A DNA stretch of 64,000 nt from Eledone cirrhosa (taxonomy: Eukaryota), in assembly GCA_964016885.1 (NCBI GenBank), contig OZ024743.1:128774001-128838000 (forward strand), given 5' to 3'. Numbering within the stretch: position 1 is the first letter of the stretch; every line of letters starts with the position of its first letter. The translations under genes were made by a program, and so were the position numbers. Below are positions 51,801 through 64,000 of the stretch, piece by piece. Under the pieces are notes generated by a model. That model was not told where the DNA came from and made no database searches. It saw nothing but the letters and a program-made list of their open reading frames with translations.

Positions 51801-54800
51801 ACCAAACATCAAGCACCAAGCACCAAACACCAAACACCAAGCACCAAGCACCAAACACCAAACACCAAGTACCAAGCACCAAACACCAAGCACCAAGCAC
51901 CAAGCACCAAACACCAAACACCAAGCACCAAACACCGAGCACCAAGCACCAAGCACTAAACACCAACCACCAAGCAACAACCACCAAACCCAAGCACCAA
52001 GCACCAAACACCAAACACCAAGCACCAAGCACCAAGCACCAAACACCAGGCACCAAGCTCCAAACAACAAGCACCAAGCACCAAGCACCAAACACCAAAC
52101 ACCAAACACCAAGCACCAAGCACCAAAGACCAAGCACCAAGCACCAAGCACCAAACAGCAAGCACCAAGCACTAAACACCAAACACCTAGCACCAAGCAC
52201 CAAACACCATGCACCAAGCACTAATCACCAAACACCAAGCACCAAGAAACAAAAACCAAACACCAAGAACCAAGCACCACACATCAAACACCAAACACCT
52301 CACAGCAAACACCAAACAGCAAACAACAAACAGCAAACACCAAACACCAAATAGCAAACACCAAGCAGCAAACACCAAACACCAAACAGCAAACACCAAA
52401 CACCAAGCACCAAGCACCAAGCACCAAGCACCAAATACCAAGCACCAAGCACCAAGCACATAGCGCCAAACACCAAACATCAAACAGCAAACAGCAAACA
52501 GCAAACAACAAACACCAAACACCAAACAGCAAACACCAAACACCAAACAGCAAACACCAAACAGCAAACACCAAACACCAAACACCAACCAGCAAACACC
52601 AAACACCAAACACCAAACAGCAAACGCCAAAAATCAAAAACCAAACACCAAACGCTAAACAGCAAACGCCAAACACCAAACGCCAAACAGCAAGCATCAA
52701 GCACCAAACACCAAACACCAAGCACCAAGCACCAAAAACCAAACACCAAGCACCAAGCACTAAACACCAAACACCAAGCACCAAGCACCAAGCACCAAAC
52801 AACCAAGCACCAAGCACCAAGCACCAAACACCAAGTACCAAGCACCAAGCACCAAACACCAAACACCAAACACCAAGCACCAAGCACCAAACACCAAGCA
52901 CCAAGCACCAAGCACCAAACAACAATCACCAAGCACCAAGCACCAAACACCAAGCACCAAGCACCAAACACCAAACACCTAGCACCAAGCACCAAACACC
53001 AAGCACCAAGCACCAAGCACCAAACACCAAGCACCAAGCACCAAGGACCAAACACCAAACACCAAACACCAAGCACCAAGCACCAAACACCAAGTACCAA
53101 GCACCAAGCACCAAACATCATGCACCAAGCTCCAAGCACCAAACACAAAGCACCAAGCACCAAGCACCAAACACCTAGCACCAAGCACCAAACACCAAGC
53201 ACCAAGCACCAAGCACCAAACACCAAGAACCAAGTACCAAGCACCAAGCACCAAATACCAAACACCAAGCACCAAGCACCACACATCAAACACCAAACAC
53301 CACACACCAAACACCAAACAGCAAACACCAAACAGCAAACACCAAACACCAAATAGCAAACACCAAACAGCAAACACCAAACACCAAACAGCAAACACCA
53401 AACACCAAACAACAAGCACCAAGCACCAAGCACCAAGTACAAAACATCAAGCACCAAGCACCAAGAACCAAGCACCAAGCACCAAACACCAAACACCAAG
53501 CACCAAACACCAAACACAAGAATCAAGCACCAAACACCAAACACCAAGTACCAAGAACCAAACACCAAGCACCAAGCACCAAGCACCAAGCACCAAACAC
53601 CAAGCACCAAGCACCAAGGACCAAACACCAAGCACCAAGCACCAAGCAACAAGCACCAAACACCAAATACCAAGCACCAAACACCAAACACCAAGCACCA
53701 AGCACCAAACACCAAGCACCAAGCACCAAACTCCAAACACCTAGCACCAAGCACCAAACACCAAGCACCAAGCACCAAGCACCAAGCACCAAGCACCAAG
53801 CACCAAGAAACAAATACCAAACACCCAGCACCAAGCACCACACATCAAACACGAAACACCACACAGCAAACACCAAACAGGAAACACCAAACAGCAAACA
53901 CCAAACACCAAATAGCAAACACCAAACAGCAAACACCAAACACCAAACAGCAGACACCAAACACCAAACACCAAGCACCAAGCAACAAACACCAAACAGC
54001 AAGCACCAAGCACCAAGCACCAAGCACCAAACACCAAACACCAAGCATCAAGCAACAAGCACCTAGCACCAAGCACCAAAAACCAAGCACCAAGCACCAA
54101 GCACCAAACACCAAGCACCAAACACCAAACACCAAGTACCAAGCACCAAACACCAAGCACCAAGTGCCAAACACCAAAGACCAAGTACCAAGCACCAAAC
54201 ACCAGACACCAAGCACTAAGAACCAAACACCAGATACCAAGCACAAAGCACTAAACACCAAACACCAAGCTACAGGCACCAAGCACGAAACACCAAACAC
54301 CAAACACCAAACACCAAACAGCAAACACCAAACACCAAACACCAAAAACCAAGCACCAATCACCAAGCACCAAACACCGCGCACCGCGCACCAAACACCA
54401 AACACCAAGCACCAAGCACAAAGCACCAAGCACCAAACACCAAACACCAAGCACCAAACACCAAACACCAATCACCAAGCCCCAAACACCAAACACCAAG
54501 CACCAACCACCAAATACCAAACACCAAGCACCAAACACCAAGCGCCAAGCACCAAACACCAAGCGCCAAGCACCAAACAACAAGCACCAATCACCAAGCA
54601 TCAAGCACCAAGTACCAAGCACCAAGCACCAAACACCAAGCACCAAACACCAAGCACCAAGCACCAAGCACGAAGCACCAAAAACCAAGCACCAAGCACC
54701 AAGCACCAAACACCAAGCACCAAACACCAAACACCAAGCACCAACCATCAAACACCAAGCACCATGCGCGAAACACCAAACACCAAGCACCAAGCACCAA

Positions 54801-57800
54801 ACACCAAGCACCAAGCACCAAGCACCAAACACCAATCTCCAAACACCAATCACCAAAGACCAAGAACCAAGCACCAAACACCAGACACCAAGCACCAAGC
54901 ACCAAACACCAAACACCAAGCTCCAAGCACCAAGCACCAAGCACCAAACACCAAACAGCAAACACCAAACACCAAACACCAAACACCAAACACCAAGCAC
55001 CAAGCACCAAGCACCAAACACCAAGCACCAAGCACCAAACACCAAACACCAAGCACCAAGTACCAAACACCAAACACCAAGTACCAAGCACCAAACACCA
55101 AGCACCAAAAACCAAGCACCAAACACCAAATACCAAGCACCAAACACCGAGCACCAAGCACCAAGCACCAAACACCAACCACCAAGCAACAACCACCAAA
55201 CCCAAGCACCAAGCACCAAACACCAAACACCAAGCACCAAGCACCAAGCACCAAACACCAGGCACCAAGCTCCAAAGACCAAGCACCAAGCACCAAGCAC
55301 CAAACGCCAAACACCAAACACCAAGCACCAAGTACCAAATACCAAACACCAAGCACCAAGCACCACACATCAAACACCAAACACCACACACCGAACACCA
55401 AACAGCAAACACCAAACAGCAAACAACAAACACCAAATAGCAAACACCAAACAGCAAACACCAAACACCAAACAGCAAACACCAAACACCAAGCACCAAG
55501 CACCAGGCACCAAGCACAAAACATCAAGCACCAAGCACTAAACACCAAACACCTAGCACCAAGCACCAAAGACCAAGTACCAAGCACCAAGCACCAAACA
55601 CCAAGCACCAAGCACTAAACACCAAACACCTAGCACCAAGCACCAAACACCAAGCACCAAGCACCAAGCACCAAACACCAAGTACCAAGCACCAAGCACC
55701 AAGAAACAAATACCAAACACCAAGCACCAAGCACCACACATCAAACACCAAACACCACACAGCAAACACCAAACACCAAATAGCAAACACCAAGCAGCAA
55801 ACACCAAACACCAAACAGCAAACACCAAACACCAAACACCAAGCACCAAGCACCAAATACCAAGCACCAAGCACCAAGCACCAAGCACCAAGCATCAAAC
55901 ACCAAGCACCAAGCACCAAGCACCCAGCGCCAAACACCAAACATCAAACAGCAAACAGCAAACAGCAAACAACAAACACCAAACACCAAACAGCAAACAC
56001 CAAACACCAAACAGCAAAGACCAAACAGCAAACACCAAACCCCAAACACCAACCAGCAAACACCAAACACCAAACACCAAACAGCAAACGACAAAAATCA
56101 AAAACCAAACACCAAGCGCCAAACAGCAAACGCCAAACACCAAACGCCAAACATCAAGCACCAAGCACCAAACACCAAACACCAAGCACCAAGCACCAAG
56201 CACCAAAAACCAAACACCAAGCACCAAGCACTAAACACCAAACACCAAGCACCAAGCACCAAGCACCAAACACCAAGTACCAAGCACCAAGCACCAAGCA
56301 CCAAACACCAAGCACCAAGCACCAAGCACCAAACAACAAGCACCAAGCACCAAACACCAAACACCAAGCACCAAGCACCAAACACCAAAAACCAATCACC
56401 AAGCACCAAACACCAAACACCAAGCACCAAGCACCAAACACCAAACACGAAGCACCAAGCACCAAACACCAAACACCAAATACCAAGCACCAAGCACCAA
56501 ACCCCAATCACCAAACACCAACCACCAAACACCAAACACCAAACACCAAGCACCAAGCACCAAACACCAAGCACCAAGCACCAAGCACCAAACAACAATC
56601 ACCAAGCACCAAGCACCAAACACCAAGCACCAAACACCAAACACCAAACACCAAGCACCAAGCACCAAACACCAAGTACCAAGCACCAAGCACCAAACAT
56701 CAAGCACCAAGCACCAAGCACCAAACACAAAGCACCAAGCACCAAGCACCAAACACCAAGTACCAAGCACCAAGCACCAAGAAACAAATACCAAACACCA
56801 AGCACCAAGCACCACACATCAAACACCAAACACCACACAGCAAACACCAAACACCAAATAGCAAACACCAAGCAGCAAACACCAAACACCAAACAGCAAA
56901 CACCAAACACCAAACACCAAGCACCAAGCACCAAATACCAAGCACCAAGCACCAAGCACCAAGCACCAAGCATCAAACACCAAGCACCAAGCACCAAGCA
57001 CCCAGCGCCAAACACCAAACATCAAACAGCAAACAGCAAACAGCAAACAACAAACACCAAACACCAAACAGCAAACACCAAACACCAAACAGCAAAGACC
57101 AAACAGCAAACACCAAACCCCAAACACCAACCAGCAAACACCAAACACCAAACACCAAACAGCAAACGACAAAAATCAAAAACCAAACACCAAACGCCAA
57201 ACAGCAAACGCCAAACACCAAACGCCAAACATCAAGCACCAAGCACCAAACACCAAACACCAAGCACCAAGCACCAAAAACCAAACACCAAGCACCAAGC
57301 ACTAAACACCAAACACCAAGCACCAAGCACCAAGCACCAAACACCAAGTACCAAGCACCAAGCACCAAGCACCAAACACCAAGCACCAAGCACCAAGCAC
57401 CAAACAACAAGCACCAAGCACCAAACACCAAACACCAAGCACCAAGCACCAAACACCAAAAACCAATCACCAAGCACCAAACACCAAACACCAAGCACCA
57501 AACACCAAACACCAAACACGAAGCACCAAGCACCAAACACCAAACACCAAATACCAAGCACCAAGCACCAAACCCCAATCACCAAACACCAACCACCAAA
57601 CACCAAACACCAAACACCAAGCACCAAGCACCAAACACCAAGCACCAAGCACCAAGCACCAAACAACAATCACCAAGCACCAAGCACCAAACACCAAGCA
57701 CCAAACACCAAACACCAAACACCAAGCACCAAGCACCAAACACCAAGTACCAAGCACCAAGCACCAAACATCAAGCACCAAGCACCAAGCACCAAACACA

Positions 57801-60800
57801 AAGCACCAAGCACCAAGCACCAAACACCAAGCACCAAGCACCAAGTACCAAGCACCAAGCATCAAGCACCAAACACCAAGCACCAAGCACCAAGTACCAA
57901 ATACCAAACACCAAGCACCAAGCACCACACATCAAACACCAAACACCACACACCAAACACCAAACAGCAAACACCAAACAGCAAACACCAAACACCAAAT
58001 AGCAAACACCAAACAGCAAACACCAAACACCAAACAGCAAACACCAAACACCAAACACCAAGCACCAAGCACCAAGCACCAAGCACAAAATATCAAGCAC
58101 CAAGCACCAAGAACCAAGCACCAAGCACCAAACAGCAAATACCAAGCACCAAACAGCAAACACAAGAACCAAGCACCAAACACCAAACACCACGCACTAA
58201 GAACCAAACACCAAGCACCAAGCACCAAGCACCAAGCACCAAACACCAAGCACTAAGCAACAAGCACCAAACACCAAATACCAAGCACCAAACACCAAAC
58301 ACCAAGCACCAAGCACCAAACACCAAACACCAAGCACCAAGCACCAAACACCAAGCACCAAGCACCAAGCACCAAACAACAAGAACCAAGCACCAAGCAC
58401 CAAACACCAATCACCAAGCACCGAACACCAAACACCAAGCACCAAGCACAAAGCACCAAGCACTAAGCAGCAATCACAAAGCACCAAGCACCAAACACCA
58501 AGCACCAAGCACCAAGCACCAAAAACCAAGCACTAAGCACCAAACACCAAGCACCAAGCACCAGTCACCAAGCACCAAAGACCAAGCACCAAGCACCAAG
58601 TACCACACACCAAGCACCAAAGACCAAAGACCAAGCACCAAGCACCAAATACCAAACACCAAGCATCAAGAACCAAGCAGCAAACACCAAGCACCAAGCA
58701 CCAAACACCAAGCACCAAGCACCAAACACCAAGCACCAAACACGAAGCACCAAGCACCTAGCACCAAGCACCAAAAACCAAGCACCAAGCACCAAGCACC
58801 AAACACCAAGCACCAAACACCAAACACCAAGCACCAAGCACCAAACACCAAGCACCAAGCGACAAACACCAACGACCAAGTACCAGGCACCAAACACCAG
58901 ACACCAAGCACTAAGAACCAAACACCAGATACCAAGCACAAAGTACTAAACACCAAACACCAAGTACCAGGCACCAATCACCAAACACCAAGCACCAAGC
59001 ACGAAGCACCAAACACCAAACACCAAACACCAAACAGCAAACACCAAACACCAAACACCAAACACCAAAAACCAAGCACCAAGCACCAAGCACCAAACAC
59101 CGCGCGTCAAGCACCAAACACCAAACACCAAGCACCAAGCACAAAGCACCAAGCACCAAACACCAAACACCAAGCACCAAACACCAAACACCAATCACCA
59201 AGCCCCAAACACCAAACACCAAGCACCAACCACCAAACACCAAACACCAAGCACCAAGCACCAAGCACCAAGCACCAAACACCAAGCACCAAGCACCAAA
59301 CAACAAGCAGCAATCACCTAGCATCAAGCAACAAGCACCAAGCACCAAGCACCAAACAACAAGCACCAAACACCAAGCACCAAGCACCAAGCACGAACCA
59401 CCAAAAACCAAGCACCAAGCTCGAAGCACCAAACACCAAGCACCAAACACCAAACACCAAGCACCAACCATCAAACACCAAGCATCAAGCGCCAAACACC
59501 AAACACCAAGCACCAAGCACCAAACACCAAGCACCAAGCACCAAGCACCAAACACCAATCTCCAAACACCAATCACCAAAGACCAAGAACCAAGCACCAA
59601 ACACCAGACACCAAGCACCAAGCACCAAACACCAAATACCAAGCACCAAGCACTAAACACCAAACACCAAGCTCCAAGCACCAAGCACCAAGCACCAAAC
59701 ACAAAACAGCAAACAGCAAACACCAAACACCAAACACCAAACACCAAGCACCAAGCACCAAGCACCAAACACCAAGCACCAAGCACCAAACACCAAACAC
59801 CAAGCACCAAGCACCAAACACCAAACACCAAGCACCAAACACCAAACACCAAAAACCAAGCACCAAACACCAAACACCAAGCACCAAGAACCAAACACCG
59901 AGCACCAAGCACCAAGCACCAAACACCAACCAGCAAGCAACAACCACCAAACCCAAGCACCAAGCACCAAACACCAAACAGCAAGCACCAAGCACCAAGA
60001 ACCAAACACCAGGCACCAAGCTCCAAACACCAAGCACCAAGCACCAAGCACCAAGCACCAAACACCAAACACCAAACACCAAGCACCAAGCACCAACGAC
60101 CAAGTACCAAGCACCAAGCACCAAACACCAAGCACCAAGCACTAAACACCAAACACCTAGCACCAAGCACCAAACACCAAGCACGAAGCACCAAGCACCA
60201 AACACCAAGTACCAAGCACCAAGCACGAAGAAACAAATACCAAACACCAAGCACCAAGCACCAAACACCAAGTACCAACCACCAAGCACCAAACATCAAG
60301 CACCAAGCACCAAGCACCAAACACAAAGCACCAAGCACCAAGCACCAAACACCTAGCACCAAGCACCAAACATCAAGCACCAAGCACCAAGCACCAAACA
60401 CCAAGCACCAAGCACCACACATCAAACACCAAACACCACACACCAAACACCAAACAGCAAACACCAAACAGCAAACACCAAACACCAAACAGCAAACACC
60501 AAACACCAAACACCAAGCACCAAGCACCAAGCACCAAGCACAAAACATCAAGCACCAAGCACCAAGAACCAAGCACCAAGCACCAAACACCAAACACCAA
60601 GCACCAAACACCAAACACAAGAACCAAGCACCAAACACCAAACACCAAGCACCAAGAACCAAACACCAAGCACCAAGCACCAAGCACCAAGCACCAAACA
60701 CCAAGCACCAAGCAACAAGCACCAAACACCAAATACCAAGCACCAAACACCAAACACCAAGCACCAAGCACCAAACACCAAACACCAAGCACCAATCACC

Positions 60801-63800
60801 AAACACCAAGCACCAAGCACCAAGCACCAAACAGCAAGAACCAAGCACCAAGCACCAAACACCAAGCACCACGCACCAAGCACCAAACACCAAACACCAA
60901 ACCTCAAGAACCAAGCACCAAACACCAAGCACCAAGCACCAAACACCAAACACCAAGCACCAAACACCAAACACAAGAACCAAGCACCAAACACCAAACA
61001 CCAAGCACCAAGAACCAAACACCAAGCACCAAGCACCAAGCACCAAGCACCAAACACCAAGCACTAAGAAACAAGCACCAAACACCAAATACCAAGCACC
61101 AAACACCAAACACCAAGCACCAAGCACCAAACACCAAACACCAAGCACCAAGCACCAAACACCAAGCACCAAGCACCAAGCACCAAACAACAAGAACCAA
61201 GCACCAAGCACCAAACACCAATCACCAAGCACCGAACACCAAACACCAAGCACCAAGCACAAAGCACCAAGCACTAAGCAGCAATCACCAAGCACCAAGC
61301 ACCAAACACCAAGCACCAAGCACCAAGCACCAAAAACCAAGCACTAAGCACCAAACACCAAGCACCAAGCACCAGTCACCAAGCACCAAAGACCAAGCAC
61401 CAAGCACCAAGTACCACACACCAAGCACCAAAGACCAAAGACCAAGCACCAAGCACCAAATACCAAACACCAAGCATCAAGAACCAAGCAGCAAACACCA
61501 AGCACCAAGCACCAAACACCAAGCACCAAGCACCAAACACCAAGCACCAAACACCAAACACCAAGCACCAAGCACCAAACACCAAGCACCAAGCGACAAA
61601 CACCAAAGACCAAGTACCAGGCACCAAACACCAGACACCAAGCACTAAGAACCAAACACCAGATACCAAGCACAAAGCACTAAACACCAAACACCAAGTA
61701 CCAGGCACCAATCACCAAACACCAAGCACCAAGCACGAAGCACCAAACACCAAACACCAAACACCAAACAGCAAACACCAAACACCAAACACCAAACACC
61801 AAAAACCAAGCACCAAGCACCAAGCACCAAACACCGCGCGTCAAGCACCAAACACCAAACACCAAGCACCAAGCACAAAGCACCAAGCACCAAACACCAA
61901 ACACCAAGCACCAAACACCAAACACCAATCACCAAGCCCCAAACACCAAACACCAAGCACCAACCACCAAACACCAAACACCAAGCACCAAGCACCAAGC
62001 ACCAAGCACCAAACACCAAGCACCAAGCACCAAACAACAAGCACCAATCACCAAGCATCAAGCACCAAGCACCAAGCACCAAGCACCAAACACCAAGCAC
62101 CAAGCACCAAGTACCAAACACCAAGCACCAAACACCAAGCACCAAACACCAAGCACCAAGCACCAAGTACCAAACACCAAGCACCAAACACCAAGCACCA
62201 AACACCAAGCACCAAGCACCAAGCGCCAAACACCAAACACCAAGCACCAAGCACCAAACACCAAGCACCAAGCACCAAGCACCAAACACCAATCTCCAAA
62301 CACCAATCACCAAAGACCAAAAACCAAGCACCAAACACCAGACACCAAGCACCAAGCACCAAACACCAAATACCAAGCACCAAGCACTAAACACCAAACA
62401 CCAAGCTCCAAGCACCAAGCACCAAGCACCAAACACAAAACAGCGAACAGCAAACACCAAACACCAAACACCAAACACCAAGCACCAAGCACCAAGCACC
62501 AAACACCAAGCACCAAGCACCAAGCACCAAACAACAATCACCAAGCACCAAGCACCAAACACCAAGCACCAAACACCAAACACCAAACACCAAGCACCAA
62601 GCACCAAACACCAAGTACCAAGCACCAAGCACCAAACATCAAGCACCAAGCACCAAGCACCAAACACAAAGCACCAAGCACCAAGCACCAAACACCAAGT
62701 ACCAAGCACCAAGCACCAAGAAACAAATACCAAACACCAAGCACCAAGCACCACACATCAAACACCAAACACCACACAGCAAACACCAAACACCAAATAG
62801 CAAACACCAAGCAGCAAACACCAAACACCAAACAGCAAACACCAAACACCAAACACCAAGCACCAAGCACCAAATACCAAGCACCAAGCACCAAGCACCA
62901 AGCACCAAGCATCAAACACCAAGCACCAAGCACCAAGCACCCAGCGCCAAACACCAAATATCAAACAGCAAACAGCAAACAGCAAACAACAAACACCAAA
63001 CACCAAACAGCAAACACCAAACACCAAACAGCAAAGACCAAACAGCAAACACCAAACCCCAAACACCAACCAGCAAACACCAAACACCAAACACCAAACA
63101 GCAAACGACAAAAATCAAAAACCAAACACCAAACGCCAAACAGCAAACGCCAAACACCAAACGCCAAACATCAAGCACCAAGCACCAAACACCAAACACC
63201 AAGCACCAAGCACCAAAAACCAAACACCAAGCACCAAGCACAAGAACCAAGCACCAAACACCAAACATCAAGCACCAAGAACCAAACACCAAGCACCAAG
63301 CACCAAGCACCAAGCACCAAACACCAAGCACTAAGCAACAAGCACCAAACACCAAATACCAAGCACCAAACACCAAACACCAAGCACCAAGCACCAAACA
63401 CCAAACACCAAGCACCAAGCACCAAACACCAAGCACCAAGCACCAAGCACCAAACAACAAGAACCAAGCACCAAGCACCAAACACCAATCACCAAGCACC
63501 GAACACCAAACACCAAGCACCAAGCACAAAGCACCAAGCACTAAGCAGCAATCACCAAGCACCAAGCACCAAACACCAAGCACCAAGCACCAAGCACCAA
63601 AAACCAAGCACTAAGCACCAAACACCAAGCACCAAGCACCAGTCACCAAGCACCAAAGACCAAGCACCAAGCACCAAGTACCACACACCAAGCACCAAAG
63701 ACCAAAGACCAAGCACCAAGCACCAAATACCAAACACCAAGCATCAAGAACCAAGCAGCAAACACCAAGCACCAAGCACCAAACACCAAGCACCAAGCAC

Positions 63801-64000
63801 CAAACACCAAGCACCAAACACGAAGCACCAAGCACCTAGCACCAAGCACCAAAAACCAAGCACCAAGCACCAAGCACCAAACACCAAGCACCAAACACCA
63901 AACACCAAGCACCAAGCACCAAACACCAAGCACCAAGCGACAAACACCAAAGACCAAGTACCAGGCACCAAACACCAGACACCAAGCACTAAGAACCAAA
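48856..64000. repeat. 7-bp satellite (CCAA[A/G]CA)n, >15 kb, running off the window, with higher-order duplications
   Basis: AAGCACC and AAACACC monomers with recurring variants (AAACAGC, AATCACC, AAGTACC, AAGAACC). Landmarks repeat at 538/539, 1078, 2734 and 5939 bp offsets. Confidence 0.98.

Noticed and set aside
48776-64000. Long ORFs (up to 809 aa) of WCLVLGA / PSTKHQA repeats
   Set aside because: These are translations of a 7-bp satellite that almost lacks stop codons; they are open in several frames on both strands.
48856-64000. Satellite as a non-canonical telomere (TTGGTGY on minus)
   Set aside because: The C-rich strand runs 5'->3' toward the right end, opposite to a right-hand telomere. 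The monomers are heterogeneous with block duplications, unlike telomerase products.

Overview
AT-rich, microsatellite-dense animal genomic DNA made almost entirely of repeats. The SINE types and (TA)n/(CA)n load resemble a cephalopod such as Octopus, but that is inference. No intact host protein-coding gene is evident. Bases 1-41 kb are a transposon mosaic. It holds a Naiad-type Penelope-like element (RT + GIY-YIG) bracketed by ~770-bp inverted pLTRs, and a full-length but frameshifted 5.85-kb Helitron with canonical ends. It also holds an RTE-type LINE, fragments of a second Penelope element, a Tigger transposase and a CRE-like element, many tRNA-derived SINEs, and one well-formed tRNA-Arg(TCG). 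At least five sequence-distinct minimal type I hammerhead ribozyme motifs occur, all in modules beside or between (TA)n tracts, and several are in ORF-less fold-back elements. A ~418-bp tandem repeat at 8.6-10.4 kb carries a 64-nt minus-strand exon-like cassette with near-consensus splice signals in each unit. Bases 42-48.8 kb are a ~1.45-kb x5 tandem array of mostly degenerate tRNA-Arg copies. It abuts a >15-kb strand-asymmetric 7-bp satellite (CCAA[A/G]CA)n with 539/1078-bp and multi-kb higher-order duplications. All ORFs beyond 48.8 kb and the YI/CV-repeat ORFs are artefacts of simple repeats. Coordinates were read by eye and may be off by a few bases.
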